From assembly GCF_018350175.1 (NCBI RefSeq), contig NC_058368.1:38876001-38940000 (forward strand): DNA of 64,000 nucleotides, in the 5' to 3' direction. The DNA is from Felis catus. Lineage: Eukaryota. The position numbers and the translations under genes were made by a program. The notes beneath the pieces were generated by a model. It was not told the DNA's origin, did not search any database, and saw only the letters and a program-made list of their open reading frames with translations. Positions 39,521 through 53,212 of this stretch are shown here, piece by piece. The first letter of the stretch is position 1. Each line of letters begins with the position of its first letter.

Positions 39521-41087
39521 AAATAAATAAACAAACACACTTAAAAGAATTAATAAAAAAAGAAAAAGGAGCTTTCCAATTAGGGGAGTTGTCCTCTTTC
39601 TCCCCAAAGCTCTAGTACACAAAAGAGTTAAGCATCCTGTGTCTTTTGATGAAGAGAAATTCTTAATTTTAATGATACCATGCTTAATTTTTATCCTCCT
39701 GGAATTGATTTAATCATGTTGCCTGTGGAAGGGAGGAAAGCATATTTTCCTATAAGAATACCCAGTTTTCCTGGTATCAGTTGTTTAAAAGGATATTGTA
39801 TCCATATGGTTACACAATGGAATTACTCTTGTAATCAAATGACATCTATATGTAAATCTATTTTGGAGCCTTTGTTATTTGAATATTGGTTCAGAGTTCA
39901 AAATTGAATCCTCATTTCCTAGAATTCTATGTACAGGAAATTTTTCTTATGATTCTAGGTTTCAAATGGTATTAGAGTATTCAGTTTTATGTTTTTCATT
40001 GAGTTAGTTTCAGTTAAGATGTATTCTCCTAGGAAATAATAATTTCATCTAAGTTTCCTTACTACCAGTCACAAAATCATAATGAAATGTGATACTCTAT
40101 TCAATTTTAATCTTTTGATATATATTGTGGCTTTGTTTTCTGCCCAGAATGTTGTCCATCTTGGTAAATATTTCAAGTATACTTAACTATGTGTATTTTG
40201 CAGTTGTTGGGTATAGAATGTTTGTGTGTCAGTTAGATTTTTGTGGTTCATAATATTTCTATCTTCTAGATATTTATCCTGAAATTTTGTTTAGTCTTTA
40301 TTCAATCATTGAGTGAAATACATAATATATCTCTCCAACTGTGATTGTGGATTTGTCTATTTCTCTCTTTAGTTTTTGCAGCTTCTACTTCATGTGTTTT
40401 GAAGCACTGTTATTAGGCACATGTACACGTATAATTGTTATTGTCTTATCCTCTTGACAGAATTAGTCTTTATTAAGTTTTGTTCTTTCTCTCTATAATA
40501 TTCATGTTTTGAAGTCTGCTTTATCTGTTATAATGTGGGCACTCCGTTTTTCTTATGTTTACTGTTACATGGTTAGCCCTTCACTTTGAACTTCCTTGTG
40601 TCTTTGAATTAATGTGTTATCTCTTGTAGACAGCACACAGTCCATTCTTGTTTTTCTTTTTACCCAGTCTGACACTGTTTTCATTTTGATTAGGAAATGT
40701 AGTTCATTTTTATTTTGTGTAGCTATCAAAAGTGCTGTATCTAGATGTGCCACTTTTCTAACTGTGTGTAGATTGCTCATCTGTTACGTGTTTCTGCAGT
40801 CCACTTTTCCTAACATCTTTGTCCATAGCTTCTTTTTCTTAGTATTCCATTCCATTCCATTCACTTTTTAAGCTACATCTCTTTGCATTTTTTAGCTGTT
40901 AGTTAGGGTTTTATGATATAAATGTTTTAAATGATGATAATCAAATTAAAGTTAATTTTCAATTACTTGAATAGTTGCAAGTATTTACCTCCATTTCTTC
41001 TTCTTTCCTGCCTTATGCAATACATTTCAAATCTATATGTATGTGAACTCAACAACACAGTCATATGTATTTCAAAATAAAGAGGAC

Positions 41088-41088
<1 letters not shown>

Positions 41089-41129
<41 letters not shown>
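41089..41129. repeat. (TG)n microsatellite
   Basis: About 20 perfect units. Confidence 0.98.
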
Positions 41130-41132
<3 letters not shown>

Positions 41133-41560
41133 TCTTTAGATATAGAATTCTTGGTTCATGGTTTGTGTTTTTATTTCCCCTTAAACATTTTTAATATGGA
41201 ATTCCAGTGTCTCTGGACTCCTTCCTTTGTTTCTGTGAAAAATCAGCCATTAATCATAATATTCTTTCCTCTAAGTAAAGTTTATTTCTTGTTGGCTCAT
41301 TTTAAGTTTTCTTTCTCTTTGGCTTTCAGCATTTTGACAGTGATGGGCCATTGTATTTAGACTGGAGTCTCTGTGATCTCTAAGTCAATATTTTCCACAA
41401 AATTTTATAAGTGTCTATCATTATTTTTTCAAATATTTTGCCTTTTTTTCTTTCTCCTTCTGGCAACACAATTATAAATATGTTGAATTTTTGACGTTGT
41501 TTCACAAGTATTTCATGTATATTTATCTACTTTTTTTGTCTCTGATATTTAGATTGGTCT

Positions 41561-41765
41561 TTTTTTTTTTTTTTGACAACGAGAGAGAGAGAGAGACAGA
41601 GTGTGAGCAGGGGAGGCACAGAGAGGGGGAGACACAGAATCTAAAGCAGGCTCCAGGCTCTGAGCTGTCAGCACAGAGTCCAACGCGGGGCTCAAACTCA
41701 TCAACCATGAGATCATGACCTGAGTCAAAGTCAGCACTTAACTGACTGAGCCACCCAGGAGCCCC
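41561..41765 (-). mobile_element. Can-SINE
   Basis: TSD tagattggtct at 41550 and 41766. Confidence 0.96.
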
Positions 41766-43049
41766 TAGATTGGTCTATTTTTATGTTTAATGATTCCTCT
41801 GCCATCCTTGTCTCCCACTGAGCCCATAAAGTAATGTTTTTTTTTCTTTTAATTTATTGGACATTTAGCTCTAAAATTCCATTTTTGTTTCCTTTCCATT
41901 TATATTGGAGTCTCTTCTCTGTTCACTCATTAAGACCATTTAAAACCATTTTTCTTTCATCTTTGGGCATAATTTAAAAATTATTTGAATATAGACTGAT
42001 ACTTTCTGTGAATTTTTCTTTTATAAATCCAAAATTTGCTGTCATTTTGAGTCTGTTTTTATTCAGTGCATTTTTTTCTTAACTGTAAGGTGTCACTTCC
42101 CTGTTTCTTTGCAAGCATAGGAACTTCTGTTGGAAATTAAAAATTGTAAATAACATATTGCAGCAAATATAAATTCTTATTAATAATAATAATTATAGGA
42201 AATTGTTATTTCTTTTTGTGGTAAACAATAACCTTGCCTGGTTGACAGTGGATGTGGATTGTATCTATCATGTGTTAGACAGCAGCTTCCATGTCTGCCC
42301 AATGCTTGTGCCTTACAGAGGCTGCCTGTACTGTTTCTCTCTAATTTGTCTTTTAGCCTAATAGATAACGGAGATTATATTTAAATTTTGAGATCAGACC
42401 TCTCTGTCATTCTCTTGTTTGTAGGGATTCCTCATAGTTTCTAACTGCTCCACCGGTCTTAGCTTTTTTCCTCTGAATCTTTCAGTTATTATATGCACCT
42501 TTTCGCTGCTCCAGGTGCATATATTTGGGGAATGACATTAATTAATAAGGCAACAAAGACACAAAACTCACCTGGCACAGTTTTATCTTATAAAGAGATT
42601 ACTTTCTGGTGTCTGTATATATTTTTTTAATTGGGTCTCTAATGCATATGTGTAGTTTTGTGATCATCCAGAGATTTAAACAGTTTATGCCTATACTATG
42701 GATCACACACTGTGGTTCTGTCACTTCAAGGCTGTCCCCTCTTAAATTATTCAGTCTTGAATTCTTTTCTGCCGTCTTCAGCTGGTAAGGCTGCACTATT
42801 TCAATGCGATTTTTTTCTCTGTTGTAGCCACAGCATTGCAGAATACACTCAAGAAAAAAAGCCATGAATATGAATTCTTACACTTTATCGTTGCTACTTT
42901 TCAAGAATAAACTGTCCTCTGACCTCTTCTTTTTTGGATACTTTCTTTTAAATAGTTTTTTTTCTATATTTTTTGTCCAAATGTTACAATTTTTATCCCA
43001 AAAGTTTTAGCTTGGCCCTTTTACTCAGTCACTGTTACCATTAGGAATG

Positions 43050-43780
43050 AGTCATTACTTATTTATTTTTCCCTCAATATTAATTGGGCAGCCATGTAAT
43101 GCTCAGAACTATTATAGGGACTTGAGATATATCAATGAATGAAGCAGTCAGAAATAATTGCCCTAAAGGAGCCAAACTGTGTTTGAAAAGTAGACATAAC
43201 ATAAAGCATAAACATAATAGAAAATGAAATTAACAATATTGTAGTAGTGCATAAGATTACTGGCAGAGAATAATTAGTAGTAAGAAAAGATTTGGAATGT
43301 GAAGTTGAGGAGAGTACCAGTTTTAAAGATCAAGTCATTGTTAGGCTTATTGGCAACATAACATTTGAGTAAATAATTGAGGAAAGTTCAAGGAATTAGT
43401 AATAGGAATATTTGGTGGGCGAACAGGCTAGCCAGAGGGATGAGTCAGTGCAAAGATCATCAAGCAGTATTGTGCTTGAATATTTGAGGAAAAATAAGGA
43501 GGAAAAGTGTGTTGGAAAAGGGTGAGCAAGTTAGAGAATAGTTGATGATGATATCAGGAAGTCAGTGGGCATCAGAAATAATAAAGCTTTGAACCTCAAT
43601 GAAAGAACTTTGACATTGGGTGAAATAGGAATCAATGTTCATTGTTAAGAATAGAGAGTAGGAGCAGGTAGAACAATTAGGAAATCATTGTAATAATGTG
43701 ATAATAAGTTATTATTAAATTGGATTTTGATAGTAGCAGTAGAGATATGCAGAAACATTAATAGTCTGAATATACTTTTA
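43050..43780 (-). mobile_element. L2 fragment
   Basis: tgccctaaaggagc, acatttgagtaaataattga, gtgcaaagatc, ggagcaggtagaacaattagg are antisense L2 motifs. Confidence 0.65.
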
Positions 43781-43857
43781 TGATTATACAACACGATGTC
43801 TTAACTGAAATTTCATTGTGTGTGTGTTTCCAGGTTTGTGTACGACTGAAAACCTCC

Positions 43858-43860
<3 letters not shown>

Positions 43861-43907
<47 letters not shown>
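43861..43907. repeat. (AG)n microsatellite
   Basis: About 23 perfect units. Confidence 0.98.
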
Positions 43908-43910
<3 letters not shown>

Positions 43911-44185
43911 CACTTAGATGTCTAGTCTATAGGCAAACTCTGATGTTTCATAAACTTATGAGGACTATAAATTCTTAAATATGAGCTTGCCCATCTTTTT
44001 TTCATAGTTCTTATTACAATCTTTCATAGTTACTTGTTTATTTTTCCACATTTTCTAATAGACAATAAGTTCCTGATGTCTTTTTAAAGGTATCAGAGAT
44101 ATTAAAGCTGAATTATTGATTAAATGGGTAATTATATGAATAATTGGTAAATAATAGGTGCATAAAATAATATTAAAATGTTAAA

Positions 44186-44356
44186 GGGTACCTAGATAGC
44201 TCAGTCAGTTAAGCATCTGACTGTGGCTCAGGTCATGATCTCATGGTTTGTGAGTTTGAGTCCCACATTGTTCGAGCCCTGCATTGGGGGTGCTCTCAGT
44301 GCAAAGCCTGCTTCAGATCCTCTGTGTCCCTCTCTCTCTGCCCCTCCCCCGCTTGT

Positions 44357-44437
<81 letters not shown>

Positions 44438-44453
44438 ATAAATAAACATTAAA
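44186..44453 (+). mobile_element. Can-SINE with compound (CA)n(CT)n
   Basis: gggtacctagatagctcagtcagttaagc head; microsatellite at 44358-44434. Confidence 0.94.
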
Positions 44454-44465
44454 AAAATAATACTA

Positions 44466-44632
44466 GGGGCACCTGGGTGGCTCAGTCAGTTAAGCCTCCA
44501 ACTTTGGCTCAGATCATGATCTCATAGCTTGTGGGTTCAAGTCCTGTATCTGGCTCTGTGCTGACAGCTCAGAGCCTGGAGCCTGCTTCAGATTCTCTGT
44601 CTCCCTCTCTTTCTGCCCCTTACCCGTTTACA

Positions 44633-44680
<48 letters not shown>

Positions 44681-44692
44681 AGTAAACATTAA
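44466..44692 (+). mobile_element. Can-SINE inserted into the TSD of the previous SINE
   Basis: aaaataatacta on both sides. Confidence 0.95.
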
Positions 44693-45079
44693 AAAATAAT
44701 ACTAAAAAGTTAATATCAAGTAAAATTAAGGTTTACTAGAAATTCATTTGAAAGGATCACCTAAAAATATTTGCATGTCTCTAATGATATGTTGCATTTT
44801 TGGAAAATGATCAAGTAAGATAAAAATAGAGAAATCATTACACTTTTATATACCCATACACCAAGCCATTATTAGAAAAGAATGGTCAGGAAAGTCCCAT
44901 GGACTTATAATCACCAATGTAAAAGAAATTGAGCTTTTTGGAAATTTCATAGTTGAAAGTAGTTGCAAATGATTCAGTTGAATTTCATACCAAAAAAAAA
45001 AAAAAAAAAAAAAAGATTGTGATTTCTTGTTAAGAAGATAGCATCTGTGATATGCTAATGGTTGGAGCAACAGGATTAA

Positions 45080-45290
45080 GATAAGGCAAATAGACTACCT
45101 ACATACATGCTTTGGTTAGGGTGGAGGTTCATTTCCCAGTTCTATTACTTTGTGACCAGAGACATGATGTAAAATTGTTGTTCACCATTTCTTTATACTT
45201 AAAATGGGGATGTTAATAGCACACACATTGTAGATTTACTTTTAGAATGAAATGAGTTAAACATTTAGAAAAATGTGTACCAAATGTTAA
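45080..45290 (+). mobile_element. MIR SINE (degraded)
   Basis: ggttcatttcccagttctattactttgtgacc...aaaatggggatgttaatagc...aatgaaatgagttaa. Confidence 0.65.
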
Positions 45291-45925
45291 CACTGAATAT
45301 ACATATATGATATGTATGTGATTATGTCTATGTCTATATCATCTGTATCTGTAGATATATCACAGCATTGACTCATACCACTACTGAGGCACAAGGAGTC
45401 AAAGAACCTTCTTTTTTCTTCCTATTGACTAACTGGAGCACCACAAGTAGGCTATCCTGAGAAAAATCTGTTTTTATATTTCACTAATGTAATGTGACTC
45501 TGAATATGCAAAAAATTAAATGATGGCTTTGAAAACATGTAAACACGGAGGTTAAGTCTGTGGGCCACAGCTATAGTATAGCTTTATAAAAATTTCTTTT
45601 GAGACCATGAGACGTAAGTGCAGTCACATTTCTTGACATGTGGTAAGCTGCTGTGTAGATAATCTGGGTTGTAATGCGGGGCCATGTTTAAGTTACCACA
45701 GAAGAATAAGCTTCTTGAACTATCAGGGCTGATATTTCCTTTAACATATTATTCCACCTTTTGAACCTTTCACACCAAATTTCTGCTCTTTTGAAGTGTA
45801 AGAGCTGTATTTCGACATTTAAAAAGCAGAAGTCCTGAGGGATTCACTGGTAAAAGCCATTAGTGAATTTGCTGATATAAAACTTGCATGATACCATAAA
45901 TCTTTCATAGAGCATCTTTGGAAAA

Positions 45926-45927
<2 letters not shown>

Positions 45928-45993
<66 letters not shown>

Positions 45994-46045
45994 AGAGAGA
46001 GAGAGACAGAGACAGAGAGGGAGACAGAGAGAGACACAGAGAGAG
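45928..46045. repeat. compound (TG)n(AG)n microsatellite
   Basis: Direct inspection. Confidence 0.97.
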
Positions 46046-46477
46046 ATTAGGTGAAAATGGCAAATTGCATTACATATAGCCTTCAACATTATACTTTGTG
46101 ACATTTAATAAAATAGGATCAAAAAGTGATATCCTCAGGGGACTTGTTATGCCGTCATGTGAATGAACTGAATAACCATGCCGTATGTTCAGAGAAGTAA
46201 ATGTATATATTTGATTTAGGAAAACTTATTTAAGTTTCCTTTGCTGGAAAAATGAACATTCACTCTCTATATGCTGTAAGTGTCATAACAATAATACTTC
46301 ACATCAGTTCTCTGTGTATCATAGGTATAAAAGATTAAGTTAAATTTATATCCACATGTACATTTCTATATTATTTTGATTATCTGGATGCTCAGAAATA
46401 AAGCAGAGTAAATGGGAAGTACACAGTTTGCAGTAATAATTATTTCTAAGTTCTGTGGTTATATGTATGGTATTTTT

Positions 46478-46680
46478 TTAATGTTTACTTATTTTTGAGA
46501 GGGAGAGACAGAGCATGAGCAGGAGAGGAGCAGAGAGAGAGGGAGACACAGAATCCGCAACAGGCTCCAGGCTCTGAGCTGTCAGCATAGAGCCCGATGT
46601 GGGCCTCAAACTCACGAACCATGAGATCATGACCTCAGCGGAAACTGGATGCTTAACCAGCTGAACTACCCAGGTGCCCC
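46478..46680 (-). mobile_element. Can-SINE
   Basis: TSD atatgt(a/g)tggtattttt at 46461 and 46681. Confidence 0.96.
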
Positions 46681-46747
46681 ATATGTGTGGTATTTTTAGC
46701 AGAAGAGTTCTGTATGCAGGTAATTTTACAATAACTTCAAAGAGTCA

Positions 46748-46900
46748 TAATTAGACTTTCAGTTTTGGGAGAAGTTTATATAGGCTCACTTTTCCCTGCC
46801 CCTCTCCTCCAAGTATTCCTAAATAACCTGGAAATAATTCAATAGATATAATCATAAAAAGACTCTGAAAGTGGAAAGAAGAAGGCAGACTGGCTGCAAA
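46748..46900 (+). mobile_element. L1ME-type 5' end fragment
   Basis: aagactctgaaagtggaaagaagaaggcagactggct matches a remembered L1ME 5' end motif. Confidence 0.6.
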
Positions 46901-47349
46901 TGTAAAAGATCAATTTACAATTCCTCAAAATAGCGACTATCAGAATAATATTATAATAGGATGTTAGGAAAAACAATATCCATGATGTACAAAACATATT
47001 TGGCTGTCATTTTATAAAGTATTTTAAAAGTTTTCACATCCATCTCTAGCTTTCTGTGCAATAGAATTATCTCTTACAAATTCCATTCTTTTAAAAATAT
47101 TTTAAATTATACCAGTTATTGGTCATTTACTTCTATTTGAAGATCTTTATAGGCTTTAGTTTCATAAGATTCCTTATCTAGGGCAATATTACAAAACATT
47201 TTAAATTTCAGGTTATTGTGAAATACTGCTTTTAATAGGAAATTTACATTAAATTCTGTGCAATACTAGGAACTTTGTAATAATCATGTTGAAAATGCAT
47301 CAAAATTTAAATTCCAAGATGGTTATAGGTTGTTAAGATATTAGTTCTT

Positions 47350-47653
47350 TTTCTCTGTCATTCCTTCAATGTCACACAGAAAATGTAAAGTCCTTATGAT
47401 CAAATTGTATTTGATCTGTACATAAGTTACCTCTCTGACTTATCTCTTAACTGCCCTCTTACTCTACCTAAGCTACAGTGATTTCCTCACTCTTCTTCAA
47501 GCATGTCACATACTCACATTTCTTAGAGCCTCAGACGACCTGTATTCTCTATAAAACATTCTTCTCCTGATGTATTCATGACCAAATTCCTCAGTAGTTT
47601 TATGCCTTTGTTCTAACGTCACTTTTTAATCAGCCTCACCTGAGTACCTAACC

Positions 47654-47694
<41 letters not shown>

Positions 47695-47945
47695 CACATG
47701 CACACGCACACACACACACACAATCCTTACTCCCTTTTGCCTGCTCTTCTTTTTCCACATTTCTCTTTATCTCATATGATAAACATTTTGTTAATTTATC
47801 TTTCTGATTGTTTATTATACCGCCAAAACACCAAAGTGGAAGTTTCATATGAACAATGATCTTTGGTTTATTCTGTGCCCAATTCCAAGTATCTAGAACA
47901 TAGTAGATTCTCATTAAATATTTATTGTACATTGAAAATGGATAG
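47350..47945 (+). mobile_element. L2 3' region containing a (CA)n tract at 47656-47722
   Basis: aaagtccttatga...tctagaacatagtagattctcattaaatatttattg. Confidence 0.75.
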
Positions 47946-48539
47946 ACATAAATAGCATGAATAGAAGCTATTTTCATTTTTCCCAATATGAATACATAAG
48001 CAGTTTTCCAGTCTGAATACATAAACACTTCGGTAAAATAACTACATTAAGGGACCAATCAAAATTGTAAAACATCATATATATGTATATACTAGTCTCA
48101 TATTCTTTCCCTAGTACAGGATAATTTATGTATTTATACTGGGTCACTCAATATACCTCTGTATTTTAGCAAGGCATCTCTTCTAATTGGGATTATTTTT
48201 ACACTTTGCACAATATTTAAAATTTTAAAGAGTTCATTGACTTAATAGTGCAGAATGTAATATCCGGATACTAGTTGTATGTAAATTATAAGATTCATCA
48301 TAAAAGAAGAAATTATCTGAGTCAAGATCCTACCCTAAGTATCTAGTTTATGCTTTTTAGGTTTTTTTCCCTTCTCATTTTATGTTTCACTCATGACAGA
48401 ATTTTCAGATCATCTTGAATCAGGAATAATCTTATCCAGACTAAAGGTGTTTTCTTCAGGTAGAAAAAGGCATAGCTTTATAATAGATTGACATAGCATA
48501 CACATAGTATGTACAAGCGGTGAAATACTAAGATCTCTC

Positions 48540-48583
<44 letters not shown>
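48540..48583. repeat. (GATA)11 tetranucleotide STR
   Basis: 44-bp perfect repeat. Confidence 0.98.
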
Positions 48584-48588
<5 letters not shown>

Positions 48589-49384
48589 ATAAAGGCAGAT
48601 ACATATAGCTATAAATATCTACCCCGTCTGTATAGATACAAATTCTATCAATTTATAAGGTATCTAATCACACAGAACATATGATATATCAAACACAGTA
48701 GTGAAGATAGAAAGATATTCATATGCTCAAATGTATATACAAATATAGTTAGGTGGTGGTCAGCTAGATAGGTTAATTTTTTGATAGCCATTTAAATAAA
48801 CAGAAAATCAATTCTTTTGACAGAGCTGAAATAGAGTGTTCTGAGTGAGTAAAAACACTCAAATCATTTGATTCTATCAAAGTTAAAATTGAAAAATTGA
48901 TTGAGTGCTTGTATTGAAATGACCTATGCTTGATTTTGTTCTCTTGGAGATATAGCCTTTGATAAATGAAATAGTTTAAGACATCAATAGTGTTGTGAAG
49001 CAGGGCAAGGGATTCTGTGAACATTCAAATATCAGTGTGAGATTGCGTTATGCCAGTAAATGTCAACTTTGGTCAGATAGCTCTTGGTTTCAGAACAACA
49101 TAGTCTTTTAGTCCTGAAGCCAAACTGCACACATTCAGGTCGTGCTGAATGATCGAAATGCCACCGAGTGAAAACAAGCTGAGATTCGCTGCAATCATAC
49201 TACACAGGGTATTCCACAGGTGTTTTGGATGATGTGATTTCAGCTGGAAATTTTATAAAAGCTTTAGACAGAAGAAATCCTATTTGGCATTGTGTAAAGT
49301 TAGGAATTGCTGCCACTCAGGAATTCTCAGTCCTCATATTTGATCTAACCAGATTTCTTTTTTTTTTTTCATCTAAATCTTGTC

Positions 49385-49550
49385 CCCAGACAACCTGCAC
49401 CAGAATAACCTGGGTGCTTATTTACAAGGCACATTTAACAGACCCCTCCATGGTTTTGTTGAATCCAGGTCTCTGCAGGGGCCTGGTTATCTGCACGTAA
49501 ATAAATATTTCAGGTAATATATGCATACCTGCACTCAAGGGACCATGAAC
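49385..49550. mobile_element. MER5-like hAT fragment
   Basis: gcaccagaataacctgggtgcttattta...gaatccaggtctctg...atctgcac. Confidence 0.6.
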
Positions 49551-49849
49551 TAAACTCCAAAAACTGTTGGGAACGGTTATTAAGTTTTTTTTTCCTTTGT
49601 TTCCTCAGTATCTAGTTACTTCATGGCAAATGGATCAAATATATTTTTGAGTAATTCATTGTTTCCTTTTATATAATGAACTTTTGATTTCTATGAAAAA
49701 TATTTTTCATAAGGAAGGAGAAATTAGATAGGATTAAGTTTTTAAAAAGTGAGTCATGTTGTATTAAATCTTTTTTTTTTTTAATTTTCCCTGAAGGCAG
49801 TCTCTTGCTCATTAGATACAGAACTCAGAGCAAGTGTTGTTGGAATGAG

Positions 49850-50650
49850 AAATCAGAAATTAAACTTCAGTGATGCCAGACCAGCTGGAAATTGAAGGTA
49901 ACATCACAGAATGAAGTGAGCCACAAAAGGGAGAGGGGGGATACTCTGAAATCTGTGAATAAACTCTCTTCAAAACTTGGCCTGTGCCAAAAAATGTACA
50001 TTTAAGAACTACTGAACTATACCAGCCTGACAATTCAAGATACACAATAGACAACATTCTCTGTAGGCCAAAAGAGATGGGCAAAAATTTCAACAGCTTC
50101 ATTGTGCTGGAAAGAAGAGCTAGGTAAACCCCTTTGGCTTTTCATTTAAACCTTAGATTTGCCACTTCTAAGCCTAGGTTAAGGAATTCACTTAGTACTA
50201 AAGGAAATACCATAATAACCACTCTCTCATAAAGCTTGAAACCAAGATTCCATAAGATCAAAGTATTCACCCATAATTTAACAGTTTGCAAGAGCAAAAT
50301 CCAATGCTCTTCACATGATAATATAGAGACCTAGAAGCTCTACAGCATATAAATCACAATGTCAAGTGTACATTGAAAAGCTACTAGACGTGCGGAAACA
50401 GGAAAATGTTAGCTACGATTAAGAAAAACAGCAGTTAATACAAATAAACATCCAGAACTAATTGCTGGTATTAGCAGCAGAAGGACTTTAGAATAAGTGA
50501 TCATTATTTTAAACTACATACAGGAAAAAATGGATGTGAAGGGTATAACGATGTGTAGTTTCAGAACTGAGAAAAAACTCTATACAGAACCAAATGAATC
50601 TGGGTTATACACCTGAATTAGATATAAGCTTTGAAAAACTTCAGTGAGAT
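49850..50650 (+). mobile_element. old L1ME/HAL1-type 5' UTR-ORF1 junction
   Basis: cacaatgtcaagtgtacattgaaaagctactagacgtgcggaaacaggaaaatg...attagcagcagaaggacttta. Confidence 0.6.
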
Positions 50651-52595
50651 CCACAAATGGCTACCCTTCTTTCTTAGTGGTAGCATGCAAAAGGTAGCAA
50701 AGTAAATTTTGTTTGGGAAGGGAATATCCTCAGGCCATAGACCTTCCAAACTTCAGAAAATTTACTGAATAAAGAGTTTGTTTGTTTGTTTTGAGATTGA
50801 TTTCTTACATTGTATTATCCACAGGTCTTATAGAGTCCTATTTAGTACCTCTTTTCTTCTACTTTTGAGGGTCTGCCAGTGCAATGTTCTGTGGGGTGAT
50901 AAAATGGTTAATAATGCTGCCAAGTAAATCAATACAAAAGTCAGATGGTTGAAAATACTCTGATGCAGAAAAAAGTGAGTTGTACTGCTGCCTTGGTAAG
51001 GTGGTCAGGTAAAGATAATTTTGAAATTCTCTGATTATTGCATTACAGGGAAACATTTTTGCTAATATGATCAATAAACTACATGTGCCAGAGCCTTGGT
51101 TCCTTCTTGCCCTTGGGTAAAGTGTCTCTTCCAACACTGAAACATTTCAGGGCTATGGAAGTGACTAAACTTTGTATATAAATCTCAAAAAGATAATTAA
51201 GTAAAAATAGCCAGATGTATAATGATGAAAGTCATACTATAACTTCTGGGAAAAGTTAAATGAATATGCAAATTAATATGATGCCATAGATAAATATGTC
51301 CAGAAGTGATTAGCAAAATAATTTGCTAATAATTAATGTTATTAATAGTGTTGAAACACAAAGATACAAAGGGGCTATTTGTATCTATAAGTGTTCATTT
51401 AAAAATAAAGGATGTAAATCAAATACAATTACACATTAACATTTATTTAATCTAAATGACGGTTAATGGTTTTTTTCTTCAGTTCTTTAAATGTTTGGCA
51501 TGTTTTTATAAAAAGATTATAACATTAATTATAGACTATACTTTTCATAAAAATTAGCAATCCTTTTACCCAATTAGGGTATTATGACTTAAATTACATT
51601 GTCTGCACATTATTTTTAACTTTTCTGTTTCATTATCTTTTAATTTATAAATAACATATGGAGTTGTAAAATTATGACTTGAAAGTCTTTTTCTTTTAAT
51701 AGGAGAGTTTAAAAACTTTTTTTTGCACATACATATTTATTCTTACATATTTATTCTTCCATGAAATGGCATTTTATTTTTAGTTTATTTTATATTTTAT
51801 CACATTTCTTCTGCTAGTAATAACATACTCTTCTAAAAATTGTCAATTAACAAGGAACAAATTCTTATTTAATTGCCAATATTGCTTACTTTTTAAGGTA
51901 TTTTCATCCCAACTCTAATTGAAAGTATCCACTTTTGCAGGTGGTCTCTAAGCTGGAATTCGCCTATTGTAGATTTCCCTACACTCAGTATGTGATCTAA
52001 TCTAGTTCACTTGCAAGGCAGGGTGATCCGGACCTTTATGCCTGTTTTCAGTGGCCTTGATGCTCTCATAATGCAAATGGTCAGTTCCAGTCACATCATC
52101 ACTGAATTTTTATGACTAGATTCTCAGTCTCAATGAGGATCACGTGGTAGGCAAAATTCTAAGGTGGCCTCCAAGATTCTTGTGGCCAGTCTTGTATACA
52201 CCCTGTATAATCCCCTCCCCTGATTGTGGAGAAGGCCTGTGAAAATGACAGGGTTTCATCTCTCTGATTAGGCTATAACAAATGGAAAGTATGAAGAGAT
52301 TTTACATGTGTGATTAAAGTCCCAAGTCAGCCTGAGTTAATTAAAAAGAAGATTATCCTGGATGGGCCAGGATTAATTAGGTGAAGGAGCTTAAAAGAGG
52401 GCCCGAGTTCCTTACTGAAGGGAGAATGATTCTCCAACAGTCTTTGAAGAAGAAAGTTTCCCTGTTGTGAGCTAGCTGTCTTAATAGGACTTGAGGGTGG
52501 CCTCTTGGAGACTTGAGCAGCCCCAGTCCAAAAGCCAGAAAGAAAATATAGGCATACCTCATTTATTGCACTTCACTTTAATTTGTTTTATAGCT

Positions 52596-52597
<2 letters not shown>

Positions 52598-52647
<50 letters not shown>
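52598..52647. repeat. (TG)n microsatellite within Tigger1
   Basis: About 25 units. Confidence 0.98.
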
Positions 52648-52651
<4 letters not shown>

Positions 52652-52985
52652 ACAACGTTTTATTCTGCTTTCTGCATCAAGCAAGCCCATTGGCACCATT
52701 TTTCCAAAAGTATTTGCTCATTTTGTATCTCTGTGTCACATTTGGGTAATGCTCACAATATTTCAAACTTTTTCAAACATTTTATTTCATAGTATTATAT
52801 TTTTATGGTGATTTGTGATCAGTGATCTTTGATGTTACTACCATAATTGTTTTGGAGTGCCACAAATCATGTCCACATGAGACTCAAACTTAATCAATAG
52901 ATGTTGTGTATCTTCTGCCTGCAGATGTGGTCAAAATAATGAAAGAACTGGAATTAGAAGGGAAGCTTTAAGATGTGACTGAATT

Positions 52986-53212
52986 GGGGCGCCTGGGTGG
53001 CGCAGTCGGTTAAGCGTCCGACTTCAGCCAGGTCACGATCTCGCGATCTCGCGGTCCGGGAGTTCGAGCCCCGCGTCAGGCTCTGGGCTGATGGCTCAGA
53101 GCCTGGAGCCTGTTTCCCATTCTGTGTCTCCCTCTCTCTCTGCCCCTCCCCCATTCATGCTCTGTCTCTCTCTGTCCCAAAAATAAATAAACGTTGAAAA
53201 AAAATTAAAAAA
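52986..53212 (+). mobile_element. SINEC_Fc, young subfamily
   Basis: ggggcgcctgggtggcgcagtcgg head; TSD aaga(t/g)gtgactgaatt at 52970 and 53213. Confidence 0.97.

Larger units (their letters stand above)
39600..42960 (-). mobile_element. old L1M fragments (ORF2 EN, ORF1, 5' region)
   Basis: ORF 40565 reads DWVKRK..CVLSTRD (EN N-terminus-like); ccaactgtgattgtggatttgtctatttctc. Confidence 0.7.
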
